A stretch of 64,000 bases of DNA from Eledone cirrhosa (taxonomy: Eukaryota): NCBI GenBank assembly GCA_964016885.1, contig OZ024740.1:9052001-9116000 (forward strand). Direction: 5' to 3'. The notes under the pieces are model-generated. The model did not search any database. It was not told where the DNA came from and saw nothing but the letters and a program-made list of their open reading frames with translations. This document shows, in pieces, positions 23,901 to 35,600 of this stretch. Every line of letters begins with the position of its first letter. Position 1 is the first letter of the stretch. The translations under genes were made by a program, and so were the position numbers.

Positions 23901-26270
23901 ATATCAGTTTTGATTGGTATATTAGTATCGATTGGTATGTCAATTTCGATTGGTATGTCAGTTTCGATTGGTATATCAGTTTCGAATGTTATTGCAATCT
24001 CGATTGGTATGTCAATTTCGATTGGTATATCAGTTTTGATTAGTATATCAGTCTCTATTGGTATATCAGTTTCGATTGGTATATCAGTTTCTATTGGTAT
24101 GTCAGTTTCTATTAGTATATCAGTTTTGATTGGTATATCAGTTTCGATTAGTATATCAGTTTCGATTGGTATGTCAGTTTCGATTAGTATATCAGTTTGT
24201 ATTGGTATGTCAGTTTCTATTGGTATATCAGTTTCGATTGGTATATCAGTTTCGATTGGTATGTCAATTTCGATTGGTTTGTTAGTTTTGATTGGTATAT
24301 CAGATTTGACTGGTATATTACTTTGTATTGCTATATCAATTTCTATTGGTATGTCAGTTTCAATTGGTATGTCAGTTTCTATTGGTATATCAGTTTTGAT
24401 TGATATGTCAGTTTTTATTGGTATGTCAGTTTCTATTAGTATATCAGTTTCTATTGATATGTCAGTCTCTATTGGTATATCAGTTTCGATTGGTATGTCA
24501 GTTTCGATTGGTATATCAGTTTCGATTGGTACGTCAGTTTCGATTGGTATGTCAGTTTCTATTGGTATATCAGTTTCGATTGGTATGTCAGTTTCGAGTA
24601 GTATATCAGTTTCTATTGGTATATCTGTTTCGATTGGTATGTCAGTTTCTATTGGTATGTTTGTTTCGATTAGTATATCAGTTTCTATTGGTATGTCAGT
24701 ATCTATTGGTATATCAGTTTCGATTGGTATATCAGTTTCTATTGGTATATCAGTTTCGATTGGTATGTCAGTTTCGATTGGTATGTTAGTTTCTATTGGT
24801 ATGTCAGTTTCGATTAGTATATCAGTTTCTATTGGTATGTCAGTTTCGATTGGTATGTTAATCCTCTATTTGTATGTCAGTTTCTATTGGTATGTCAGTT
24901 TCAATTGGTATGTCACTTTTAATTGGTATGTCAGTTTCTATTGGTATATCAGTTTCGATTGGTATGTCAGTTTCTATTGGTATATCAGTTTCAATTGGTA
25001 TGTTAGTTTCTATTGGTATATCAGTTTCGATTGGTATATCAGTTTCTATTGGTATATCAGTTTCGATTGGTATGTCAGTTTCGATTGGTATATCAGTTTC
25101 GAGTGGTATGTCAGTTTCGATTGGTATGTCAGTTTCGATTGCTATGTCAGTTTCTATTGGTATGTCAGTTTCTATTGTTAGATCAGTTTTGAATGGTATT
25201 TCAATCTCGATTGGTATGTTAGTTTCTATTGGAACGTCAGTTTCGATTAGTATATCAGCTTCTATTGGTATGTCAGTTCCGATTGGTATGTTAGTCCTCG
25301 ATTTGTATGTCTGTTTCTATTGGTATATCAGTTTCGATTGGTATGTCAGTTTCAATTAGGATATCAGTTTCTATTTGTATATCAGTTTCGATTGGCATAT
25401 CAGTTTCTATTGGTATATCAGTTTTGACTGGTATGTCAATTTCTATTGTTATATCAGTTGTGATTGGTATGTCAGTTTCTATTCGTATGTCAGTTTCTAT
25501 TGGTATGTCAGTTTCAATTGGTATGTCAGTTTCGATTGTTATGTCAGTCTCTATTGGTATATCAGTTTCGATTGGTATGTCAGTTTCGATTAGTATATCA
25601 GTTCCTATAGGTGTCAGTTTCTATTGGTATATCAGTTTCGATTGGTATGTCAGTTTCGATTAGTATATCAGTTTCTATTGGTACGTCAGTTTCTATTTGT
25701 ATATCAGTTTCGATTGGTATATCAGTTTCGATTGGTATGTCAGTTAATATTGGTATGTCAGTTTCGATTGGTATATCAGTTTCGATTGGTATGTCAGTTT
25801 CTATTGGTATGTCAGTTTCTATTAGTATATTAGTTGCTATTGGTATGTCAGTCTCTATTGGTATATCAGTTTCGATTGGTATGTAAGTTTCTATTGGTAT
25901 ATCAGTTTCGATTGATATGTCAGTTTCGATTTTTATATCAGTTTCTATTGGTATGTCAGTTTCGATTGGTATATCAGTTTCGATTGGTATATCAGTTTCG
26001 ATTTGTATGTCAATTTCGATTGGTATGACAGTTTCGATTGGTATATCAGTTTCTATTGGTATATCAGTTTCAATTGGTATGTTAGTTTCTATTGGTATGT
26101 CAGTTTCGATTAGTATATCAGCTTCTATTGGTATGTCTGTTTTATTGGTATGTTAGTCCTCGATTTGTATGTCAGTTTCTATTGGTATATCAGTTTCGAT
26201 TGATATGTCAGTTTCAATTAGTACATCAGTTTCTATTGGTATATCACTTTCTATTGCTATATCAGTTTCT
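20951..26270 (+). repeat. ~2.63-2.70 kb higher-order satellite duplication (about 20951-23640 / 23651-26270)
   Basis: tggtgtgaca at 20981/23681. ORF pairs 22246/24874 and 22679/25307. The offset changes through whole-monomer indels. Confidence 0.85.
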
Positions 26271-28561
26271 ATTGGTATGTCAGTTTCAATTGGTATGTCA
26301 GTTTCTATTGGTATGTCAGTTTCGATGTGTATATCAGTTTCTATTGATATGTCAGTCTCTATTGGTATATCAGTTTCGATTGGTATGTCAGTTTCGATTG
26401 GTATATCAGTTTCGACTGGTATGTCAGTTTCGATTGGTATATCAGTTTTGAATGGTATTTCAATCTCGATTGGTATGTCAGTTTCGTTCGGTATGTTAGT
26501 CCTCGATTTGTATGTTAGTTTCTATTGGTATATCAGTTTCGATTGGTATGTCAGTTTCAATTGGTATGTCAATTTCGATTGGTATGTCAGTTTCGATTGG
26601 TATATAAGTTTCTATTGCTATATCAGTTTCTATTGGTATATCAGTGTCGATTGGTATGTCAGTTTCTATGGGTATATCAGTTTCAATTGGTATGTCAATT
26701 TCTATTGGTATGTCATTGGTATATCAGTTTCGAATGGTATGTCTGACTTGATTGGTATATCAGTTTCTATTGGTATATCAGTTTCGATTGGTATGTCAGT
26801 TTCTATTGGTATATCAGTTTCGATTAGTATGTCAGTTTCTATTGCTATATGAGTTTCTATTGGTATATCAGTTTCTATTGGTATATCAGTTTCTATTGGT
26901 ATGTCCGTTTTGATGGGTATGTCAGTTTCTATAGGCATATCAGTTTTGATTGTTATGTTAGGTTCTATTGGTATGTCAGTTTCGATTAGTATGTCAGTTT
27001 CGATTGGTATGTCAGTCCTCGAGTTGTATGTCAGTTTCTATTGGTATATCAGTTTCGATTTTATGTCAGTTTCGATTAGTATATCAGTTTCTATTGGTAT
27101 GTCATTTTCTATTGGTATGTCAGTTTTGATTGGTATATCAGATTCGACAGGTATATCACTTTCTATTGCTATATCAGTTTCTATTGGTATGTCAGTTTCA
27201 ATTCGGATGTCAGTTTCTATTGGTATATCAGTTTTGATTGGTATGTCAGTTTCGATTGGTATATCAGTTTCGATTGGTATATCAGTTTCGATTGGTATGT
27301 TAGTTTCTATTGGTATGTCAGTTTCGATTAGTATATTAGTTTCTATTGGTATGTCAGTTTCGATTGGTATGTTAGTCCTCTATTCGTATGTCAGTTTCTA
27401 TTGGTATATCAGTTTCCATTGGTATGTCAGTTTCGATTAGTATATCAGTTTCTATCTGTATGTCAGTTTCTATTGGTATATCAATTTCTATTGCTATATC
27501 AGTTTCTATTGGTACATCAGTTTCAATTGGTATGTCAGTTTCTATTGGTATATCAGTTTCAATTGGTATGTTAGTTTCTATTGGTATATCAGTTTCTATT
27601 GGTATATCAGTTTCGATTGGTATGTCAGTTTCTATTGGTATATCAGTTTCAATTGGTATGTTAGTGTCTATTGGTATATCAGATTCGATTAGTATGTCAG
27701 TTTCGATTAGTATATTAGTTTCTATTGGTATATCAGTTTCGATTGGTATATCAGTTTCTTTTGGTATATCAGTTTCGATTGGTATGTCAGTTTCGATTGG
27801 TATGTCAGTTTCGATTGCTATGTCAGTTTCGATTGCTATGTCAGTTTCGATTGGTATGTCAGTTTCGATTGGTATATCAGTTTTGAATGGTATTTCAATC
27901 TCGATTGGTATGTTAGTTTCTATTGGTATGTCAATTTTGATTAGTATATCAGCTTCTATTGGTATGTCAGTTCCGATTGGTATGTTAGTCCTCGATTTGT
28001 ATGTCAGTTTCTATTGGTATATCAGTTCCGATTGGTATGTCAGTTTCAATTGTTATATCAGTTGCGATTGGTATGTCAGTTTCCATTGGTATGTCAGTTT
28101 CGATTATTATATCAGTTACTATTGGTATGTCAGTTTCGATTGGTATGTCAGTTTCGATTGTTATGTCAGTCTCTATTGGTATATAAGTTTCGATTGGTAT
28201 GTCAGTTTCGATTAGTATATCAGTTCCTATATTTGTCAGTTTCTATTGGTATATCAGTTTCGATTGGTATGTCAGTTTCGATTAGTATATCAGTTTCTAT
28301 TGGTACGTCAGTTTCTATTTGTATATCAGTTTCGTTTGGTATATATATATTTTTCTTGGGCTCTGCTAGAGTCAGCAGCAACACACAACCACGTGTTGCT
28401 ACACACACACAAGAGGAAAGAGAAAAAAAAAAAAAAAAAAATTTAAAATTTATGAGACCAATAGAGATATGTACATTTATATATTTATATCTAGATATTG
28501 CTATCATCATTTACAGTCCCTCTGTGTTTAATGTATGTTCATTAGTATATGTGTTGTTATC

Positions 28562-28860
28562 TCTGCTTGCATTTTGCATATATACATATATATATCTATA
28601 TATATGCTTGCGTGACCCCTCTCAAAAATTTGTTGGATTTTCTAATTGGATACCCCAACACTGGATACCAACACTGAATACACCTGAACTTCTACCAGGA
28701 AATCTTTCGTTGTCATTTCTGCTTGCATTTTACATATATAGATATATATATCAATGGTTGCGTGGACCCCTCTTAAAGATTCGTTGGATTTTCTAATTGG
28801 ATACCCCGAAACTGGATACCAATCACTGAATACACCTGAACTTCTACCAGGAAATCTTTC
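28562..28860 (+). repeat. Diverged ~150-bp direct duplication in the family C leader
   Basis: ttggattttctaattggatacccc...ctgaatacacctgaacttctaccaggaaatctttc ends at 28708 and again at 28860. Confidence 0.85.
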
Positions 28861-29109
28861 ATATCAGTGAAAATTTTCTTTTCTTTGCTTCATATATATA
28901 TATTATATATACTTGTCCGCCATTGCAAAAGGCCATAAATTCAAAATTTTGAAGAGAGAGGAAAAGAGAGAAGTGATCTATGAACTTGTAACATCTCACT
29001 TACCCCCCCCCCCCGTCACCACAATAACAATAACGCCTACACTCGCTCCCCACCATCACCACATTACTCTAAGGTCGCTGTCCTGTCCCCTGTTGACATA
29101 CTGCTGACT

Positions 29110-29769
29110 ATCTTTTGATGTATGTATGTGTATATACATATGTGTATGTGTGTGTATATGTATATCTCTGTGGATGCGACCAGATTTCAACACAGCAACA
29201 ACTACAACAACAACAGCAGCAACACCAACAACAACAACAACAGCAACAACACCATCGTCTGTGTTGAATGTGTGTGTATGTATTTGTATATATGCGACAG
29301 CAATAACAGCATCAACACCATTGTCTGCAGCAACAGCAGCAGTGAAATGAAGGACAACAACAACAGTAACAACTACAATAACAACTACAGCACCAACAAC
29401 TGTCACCACCATCACTGACCATCCACCACCACCACGCTGATACCATCCACCACCACCACACTGACACCATCCACCACCGCCATTACCAGCGTAAACAAAC
29501 AATTATTATTGTTATTGTTATTATATACAAGCCGAACTGGACTGGGAAAGGTCAACAGTTGACATGATAGTGATTTTGACGATTTTGACTTTGATTTTGA
29601 TTTTGTATCAGTACTGTCGGTAATATATGTATATATATATATGTGTTTGTGAGTTGTGTGTGTGATTGTATTCATGAATGAGTGTTGGTATGTGTGGTTG
29701 TGGTTTGTATGCATGAGTATTAGTGTGTGAGTCGTGTCAATAAGTTTTTTTTTTTTTTTTTTTTTTTTT
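29110..29769 (+). repeat. Microsatellite-rich tract (TA/TG, CAA/CAG, CAC, GATTTT) ending in poly(T), within the family C leader
   Basis: Read directly; poly(T) at about 29745-29769. Confidence 0.85.
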
Positions 29770-29773
29770 AATG

Positions 29774-29910
29774 ACCATGCTGTAAAATGGAGGGGTAGAG
29801 AGGGCCCTTGAGTCTAGTAAGACATCCTCACTAGTGCTGGTGGCACAAATAAAAGCACCCAGTCCATGCTGTAAAGTGGCGCTGGTGTTAGGAAGGGCAT
29901 CCAACCAGTG
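29774..29910 (+). other. Putative structured RNA module in the family C 5' UTR, homologous to the 3' UTR module of families A and B
   Basis: gtgctggtggcac-aaataaaa-gcacc, ccatgctgtaaagtgg and ctggtgttaggaagggcatccaaccag match 16932-17060 and 9402-9532. The structure is inferred by eye. Confidence 0.6.
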
Positions 29911-29964
29911 TATCAATGCCAAAAAGCTTATCAGCACAGCAACAAAACAGCATAGAAAAAAAAT

Positions 29965-32900
29965 ATGAAGACGTCGCATCTCAGAGTTGCAACACTTAAT
30001 GTTGGCACTCTCAGAGGTAGATCTGCTGAAATAGCGGAGATGCTGGAGAGAAGGCAGGTGGATGTGTGCTGCGTGCAAGAGGTGAGATGGAGAGGTGCCT
30101 CTGCGAGACTAGTCGTAGGCAAGCGTCTTAGCTATAAGCTATTCTGGGTAGGTAAGGATGATGGGTTAGGGGGAGTAGGCATTTTCCTGGCTGAGAAATG
30201 GATCAATAAGACAATAGAGGTAGTTCGAGTTAGTAATCGAATAATTAAGCTGAGATTAGTTGTAGGTAGGAGACTACTGACAATCATCTCGGTCTATGCT
30301 CCCCAAGCAGGCCTAGGCAAAGATGAGAAAGACTGCTTTTATGAGCAACTTTTGCAAACAACCACAATGACAGAGGACGGAGACATCGTTATGCTAGCAG
30401 GAGACTTCAATGGTCATGTTGGACAGCTCCAGGATGGTTACACTGGGGTACATGGTGGGCATGGTTACGGTTCAAGAAATGAAGAAGGAGTGAGACTTCT
30501 TGAATTTTGTGATGCAAGTACATTGACTATTTGCAACACAAACTTCCAGAAACCTGCCAATCACCTAATAACCTACAAATCTGGTGAGCACATAAGCCAG
30601 ATTGACTTCCTGCTAGTTAGGCAGCGGGACAGGCAGATAGTGTCTAATACCAAGGCATACCCTGGGGAAGAATGTACCCCACAGCATAGGTTAGTTGTTA
30701 GTGATATCTCAGTAAGCAAGAGATGGAATGAGACATATAGGAAGGTGTGGAGAAGAAAGGTCTGGAAGCTAAAAGACCTTTCACTAAAATTCAAATTTAG
30801 GAAAGCCCTTCAAGATGTATATGACGAAAAAGAAGACGATTTAGAGACGTATGACATAGATAATAACTGGAAGTTCTTACGTGACAACTTGCTGAAGGCT
30901 ACTGATGAAACCTGTGGCTGGAGCCGAGCTCCAACCAGACAGAGAGTGACCTGGTGGTGGAACAGCAGTGTAGATAAGGCTATTAGAGACAAAAGACTAG
31001 CATGGAAGGCTTGGAATAAGGGTGGGAGTAGGGAAGAATATACAGCCACTAAGAGAGAAGCTAGACGTCAGGTGTACTTAGCACGCAGGGAGGCAGAGAG
31101 TAGGAGGTTTGCCAATGTTCTGCGACGGGAAGATCAGAGGCGTGCGGTGTTCCACATTGCAAGGCAGTGTGTCAATGCAAATCAGGATGTTGTTGGTGAT
31201 AAATGTGTCCGGGATGATGCCGGTGTACTTAGTGTCACGAATGACCAGAAAAAGGAGGCCTGGAAATGTCATTATGAGAGACTGATGAATGTGGAGAACG
31301 AATGGGAGAGAGAGAAATTACTCTTGGTAGATCCGACAGAGGGACCAGCTATTGAGATTGACGAATATAGGGTCCAAGAGGCGATTAGGGAAATGAAAAA
31401 TGGTAAGGCGGCCGGACCATCGGGAATAGTTGCTGAGATGCTGAAGGCATCAGGGGACGTAGGCACTAAACTGGTTGCACGCATAATCAATCAGGCTATA
31501 TATGGTGGTGTCATACCCAAAGACTGGTGCAGCAGTATTCTCATAAATTGCTACAAAGGTAAAGGGGATGCTTTGGAGAGGAGCAATTATAGGGGTATAA
31601 AACTGATAGATCAGGTTATGAAAGTGGCAGAAAGGATTTTAGCACAACTAATTAGAGAAAGGGTCAAACTAGATGAGATGCAGTTTGGTTTTGTGCCTGG
31701 GAAGAGTACAACAGATGCCCTCTTCTTGGTGAGACAAATGCAAGAGAGGTTCTTAGAGAAGAATAAGCCACTATACTTGGCCTTTGTTGACCTAGAGAAG
31801 GCCTTTGATAGGGTACCCCGATCTGTCATCTGGTGGTCCCTAAGGAAGATGGGTGTTGAGGAATGGCTTGTAAGGACAGTGCAAACTTTGTACAGAGGTA
31901 CTCTCAGTAAAGTCAGGGTAGGAATGGAGTTTAGTGAGGAATTCCAGATACAAGTAGGAGTACATCAGGGTTCGGTCCTCAGCCCGCTCTTGTTCATTAT
32001 AGTCCTCCAAGCCATAACAGAGGAGTTTAAGACTGGCTGTCCATGGGAACTTCTCTATGCTGACGATCTGGCTCTTATGGCAGAATCAGTAGAGGAGCTA
32101 GAGAATAAATTCCGGCTATGGAAACAGCAGTTGGAAGCAAGAGGACTGAGAGTAAATCTAGCTAAGACAAAAGTGTTGATGAGTAGAAAAGAGGACAAAA
32201 CCCTGATTCCGTCAGGGAAATGGCCATGTTCGATATGCAGAAAAGGAACTGGCATAAATTCTATAAAATGCACACAATGTAGGTCCTGGGTACACAAGAG
32301 ATGTAGCGGGATAGCAGGCAAACTAACAGGTAGGGAGAACTATGTATGCAGTAGATGTACAGGGAAATTAGACAGTAGAAGTCGCACTGATAGACACATT
32401 TTTCAAATGCGAGAGGGCGCTATAGAAGTGGTGGATAGCTTCCGGTACCTAGGAGATCAGATTAGCATGGGAGGAGGGTGTTCCGAGGCCATAGTATCTA
32501 GAATAAGGACGGGTTGGAAGAAGTTTAGGGAGCTGCTTCCTCTGTTGACGAAGAAGGGTTTCTCCCTGCGTACGAAAGGCCGGTTGTATGATGCCTGTGT
32601 GAGGAGCGCGATGCTGCATGGTAGTGAGACATGGGCAGCTACCGCAGAAGATATGCGACGGCTGGAGAGAAATGAGGCAAGCATGCTCCGTTGGATGTGC
32701 AGTGTAAATGTGCGTGAACGACCCAGCATAAATGTGTTGAGAGAGAAACTGTGTCTGAGAGGGATAGAATGTAGTGTACGGGAGAGGAGACTGAGGTGGT
32801 ATGGACATGTGATGCGCATGGAGGATGACCGATGGGTGAAGAAGTGCCAGGAAATGCCAGTTGAAGGAAGACGTGGTAGAGGTAGACCACGAAAAACATG

Positions 32901-33033
32901 GGCGGAGGTGGTGAGAACAGACCTCAGATCATTGAAGCTCACGGTGGAGATGACGAGGGACCGTCACGAGTGGAGAGATGCTGTGCTGAATAAGACCCGT
33001 CCCACCCTTGCAAGCAGGGAAAAGCGGACGTAA
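29965..33033 (+). CDS. RTE-type polyprotein (1022 aa): AP endonuclease + RT + PHD-type finger (family C)
   Basis: ATLNVGTL, CVQEVRW, SVYAPQ, AGDFNGH, FVDLEKAFDRV, LLYADD; C4HC3 finger at 32221-32358; RLRWYGHVMRM, GRPRKTW. Confidence 0.95.
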   Translation: MKTSHLRVATLNVGTLRGRSAEIAEMLERRQVDVCCVQEVRWRGASARLVVGKRLSYKLFWVGKDDGLGGVGIFLAEKWINKTIEVVRVSNRIIKLRLVVGRRLLTIISVYAPQAGLGKDEKDCFYEQLLQTTTMTEDGDIVMLAGDFNGHVGQLQDGYTGVHGGHGYGSRNEEGVRLLEFCDASTLTICNTNFQKPANHLITYKSGEHISQIDFLLVRQRDRQIVSNTKAYPGEECTPQHRLVVSDISVSKRWNETYRKVWRRKVWKLKDLSLKFKFRKALQDVYDEKEDDLETYDIDNNWKFLRDNLLKATDETCGWSRAPTRQRVTWWWNSSVDKAIRDKRLAWKAWNKGGSREEYTATKREARRQVYLARREAESRRFANVLRREDQRRAVFHIARQCVNANQDVVGDKCVRDDAGVLSVTNDQKKEAWKCHYERLMNVENEWEREKLLLVDPTEGPAIEIDEYRVQEAIREMKNGKAAGPSGIVAEMLKASGDVGTKLVARIINQAIYGGVIPKDWCSSILINCYKGKGDALERSNYRGIKLIDQVMKVAERILAQLIRERVKLDEMQFGFVPGKSTTDALFLVRQMQERFLEKNKPLYLAFVDLEKAFDRVPRSVIWWSLRKMGVEEWLVRTVQTLYRGTLSKVRVGMEFSEEFQIQVGVHQGSVLSPLLFIIVLQAITEEFKTGCPWELLYADDLALMAESVEELENKFRLWKQQLEARGLRVNLAKTKVLMSRKEDKTLIPSGKWPCSICRKGTGINSIKCTQCRSWVHKRCSGIAGKLTGRENYVCSRCTGKLDSRSRTDRHIFQMREGAIEVVDSFRYLGDQISMGGGCSEAIVSRIRTGWKKFRELLPLLTKKGFSLRTKGRLYDACVRSAMLHGSETWAATAEDMRRLERNEASMLRWMCSVNVRERPSINVLREKLCLRGIECSVRERRLRWYGHVMRMEDDRWVKKCQEMPVEGRRGRGRPRKTWAEVVRTDLRSLKLTVEMTRDRHEWRDAVLNKTRPTLASREKRT

Positions 33034-34559
33034 AATGATGATGATGATGATGATGATATCAGTTTCGATTTGTATGTCAATTTCGATTGGTATGTCAGTT
33101 TCGATTGGTATATCAGATTCGACTGGTATATCACTTTCTATTGCTATATCAGTTTCTATTGGTATGTCAGTTTCAATTTGTATGTCAGTTTCTATTCGTA
33201 TATAAGTTTCGATTGGTATCTCAGTTTCTATTGGTATGTAAGTTTCTATTGGTATATCAGTTTCGATTGATATGTCAGTTTCGATTTTTATATCAGTTTC
33301 GATTGGTATGTCAGTTTCGATTGGTATATCAGTTTCTATTGGTATATCAGTTTCGATTGGTATGTCAGTTCCTATTGCTATGTCAGTTTAGATTGGTATG
33401 TCAGTTTCAATTGGTATATCAGTTTCAATTGGTATATCAGTTTCGAATGGTATTTCAATCTCGATTGGTATGTCTTTTTCGATTGGTATATCAGTTTCGA
33501 TTAGTATGTCAGTTTCTATTGGTATATCAGTTTTGATTGGTATATCAGTTTCCATTGGTATGTTAGTTTCTATTGGTATGTCAGTTTCGATTAGTATATC
33601 AGTTTCTATTGGTATGTCAGTTTCGATTGGTATGTTAGTCCTCTATTTGTATGTCAGTTTCTATTGGTATATCAGTTTCGATTGGTATGTTTGTTTCGAT
33701 TAGTATATCAGTTTCTATCTGCATGTTAGTTTCTATTGGTATATCAATTTCTATTGCTATATCAGTTTCTATTGGTATGTCAGTTTCAATTGGTATGTCA
33801 GTTTCTATTGGTATATCAGTTTCGATTGGTATGTCAGTTTCTATTGGTATGTCAGTTTCAATTGGTATGTTAGTTTCTATTGGTATATCAGTTTCGATTG
33901 GTATGTCAGTTTCTATTAGTATATTAGTTTCTATTGGTATATCAGTTTCAATTGGTATATCAGTTTCTATTGGTATATCAGTTTCGATTGGTATGTCAGT
34001 TTCGATTGGTATGTCAGTTTTGATTGCTACGTCAGTTTCGATTGGTATATCAGTTTCGATTGGTATATCAGTTTTGAATGGTATTTCAATCCCGATTGGT
34101 ATGTTAGTTTCTATTGGTATGTCAGTTTCGATTAGTATATCAGCTTCTATTGGTATGTCAGTTCCGAATGGTATGTTAGTCCTCGATTTGTATGTTAGTT
34201 TCTATTGGTATATCAGTTTCGATTGGTATGTCAGTTTCAATTAGGATATCAGTTTCCATTGGTATATCAGTTTCTATTGGTATATCAGTTTTGATTGGTA
34301 TGTCAGTTTCTATTGTTATATCAGTTGCGATTGGTATGTCAGTTTCTATTGGTATGTCAGTTTTGATTGGTATATCAGTATCGAATGGTATTTCAATCTC
34401 GATTGGTATGTCAGTTTCGATTGGTATATCAATTTCGATTGGTATATCAGTTTCGATAGGTATGTTAGTTTCTATTGGTATGTCAGTTTCGATTAGCATA
34501 TCAGTTTCTATTGGTATGTCAGTTTCGATTGGTATGTTAGTCCTCTATTTGTTTGTCAG

Positions 34560-35600
34560 TTTCTATTGGTATATCAGTTTCGATTGGTATGTCAGTTTCG
34601 ATTAGTATATCAGTTTCTATCTGTATGTCAGTTTCTATTGGTATGTCAGTTTCAATTGGTATGTTAGTTTCTATTGGTATATCAGTTTCGATTGGTATGT
34701 GAGTTTCTATTAGTATATCGGTTTCGAATAGTATGTCAGTTTCGATTACTATATTAGTTTGTATTGGTATATCAGTTTCGATTGGTATATCAGTTTCGAT
34801 TGGTACGTCAGTTTTGATTGGTATATCAGTTTCTATTGGTATATCAGTTTCGATTGGTTTGTCAGTTTCGATTGGTATGTCAGTTTCTATTGGTATGTCA
34901 GTTTCGATTGGTATATCAGTTTCTATTGGTATGTCAGTCTCTATTGGTATATCAGTTTCGATTGGTATATCAGTTTCTATTGGTATATCAGTTTCGATTG
35001 GTATGTCAGTTTCGATTGCTATGTCAGTTTCGATTGGTATGTCAGTTTCGATTAGTATATCAGTTTCTATCTGTATGTCAGTTTCTATTGGTATGTCAGT
35101 TTCAATTGGTATGTTAGTTTCTATTGGTATATCAGTTTCGATTGGTATGTGAGTTTCTATTAGTATATCGGTTTCGAATAGTATGTCAGTTTCGATTACT
35201 ATATTAGTTTGTATTGGTATATCAGTTTCGATTGGTATATCAGTTTCGATTGGTACGTCAGTTTTGATTGGTATATCAGTTTCTATTGGTATATCAGTTT
35301 CGATTGGTTTGTCAGTTTCGATTGGTATGTCAGTTTCTATTGGTATGTCAGTTTCGATTGGTATATCAGTTTCTATTGGTATGTCAGTCTCTATTGGTAT
35401 ATCAGTTTCGATTGGTATATCAGTTTCTATTGGTATATCAGTTTCGATTGGTATGTCAGTTTCGATTGCTATGTCAGTTTCGATTGGTATGTCAGTTTCG
35501 ATTAGTATATCAGTTTCTATCTGTATGTCAGTTTCTATTGGTATGTCAGTTTCAATTGGTATGTTAGTTTCTATTGGTATATCAGTTTCGATTGGTATGT
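34560..35600 (+). repeat. 450-bp (25-monomer) tandem higher-order repeat; also copied at about 50500-51540
   Basis: ORF pairs 34733/35183 and 50670/51120 are offset by 450. Confidence 0.85.

Larger units (their letters stand above)
28345..33057 (+). mobile_element. RTE LINE family C, intact ORF, ~1.6 kb 5' leader, (GAT)n tail directly after the stop codon
   Basis: Satellite ends ...ggtatat at 28344 and resumes atcagtttcg at 33058. The joined flanks match an uninterrupted paralog at ~55701-55820. Confidence 0.92.

Noticed and set aside
29056-29714. Low-complexity Asn/Thr/Val-rich ORFs as a LINE ORF1
   Set aside because: They derive from microsatellites, have no domain signature, and RTE elements typically have a single ORF.
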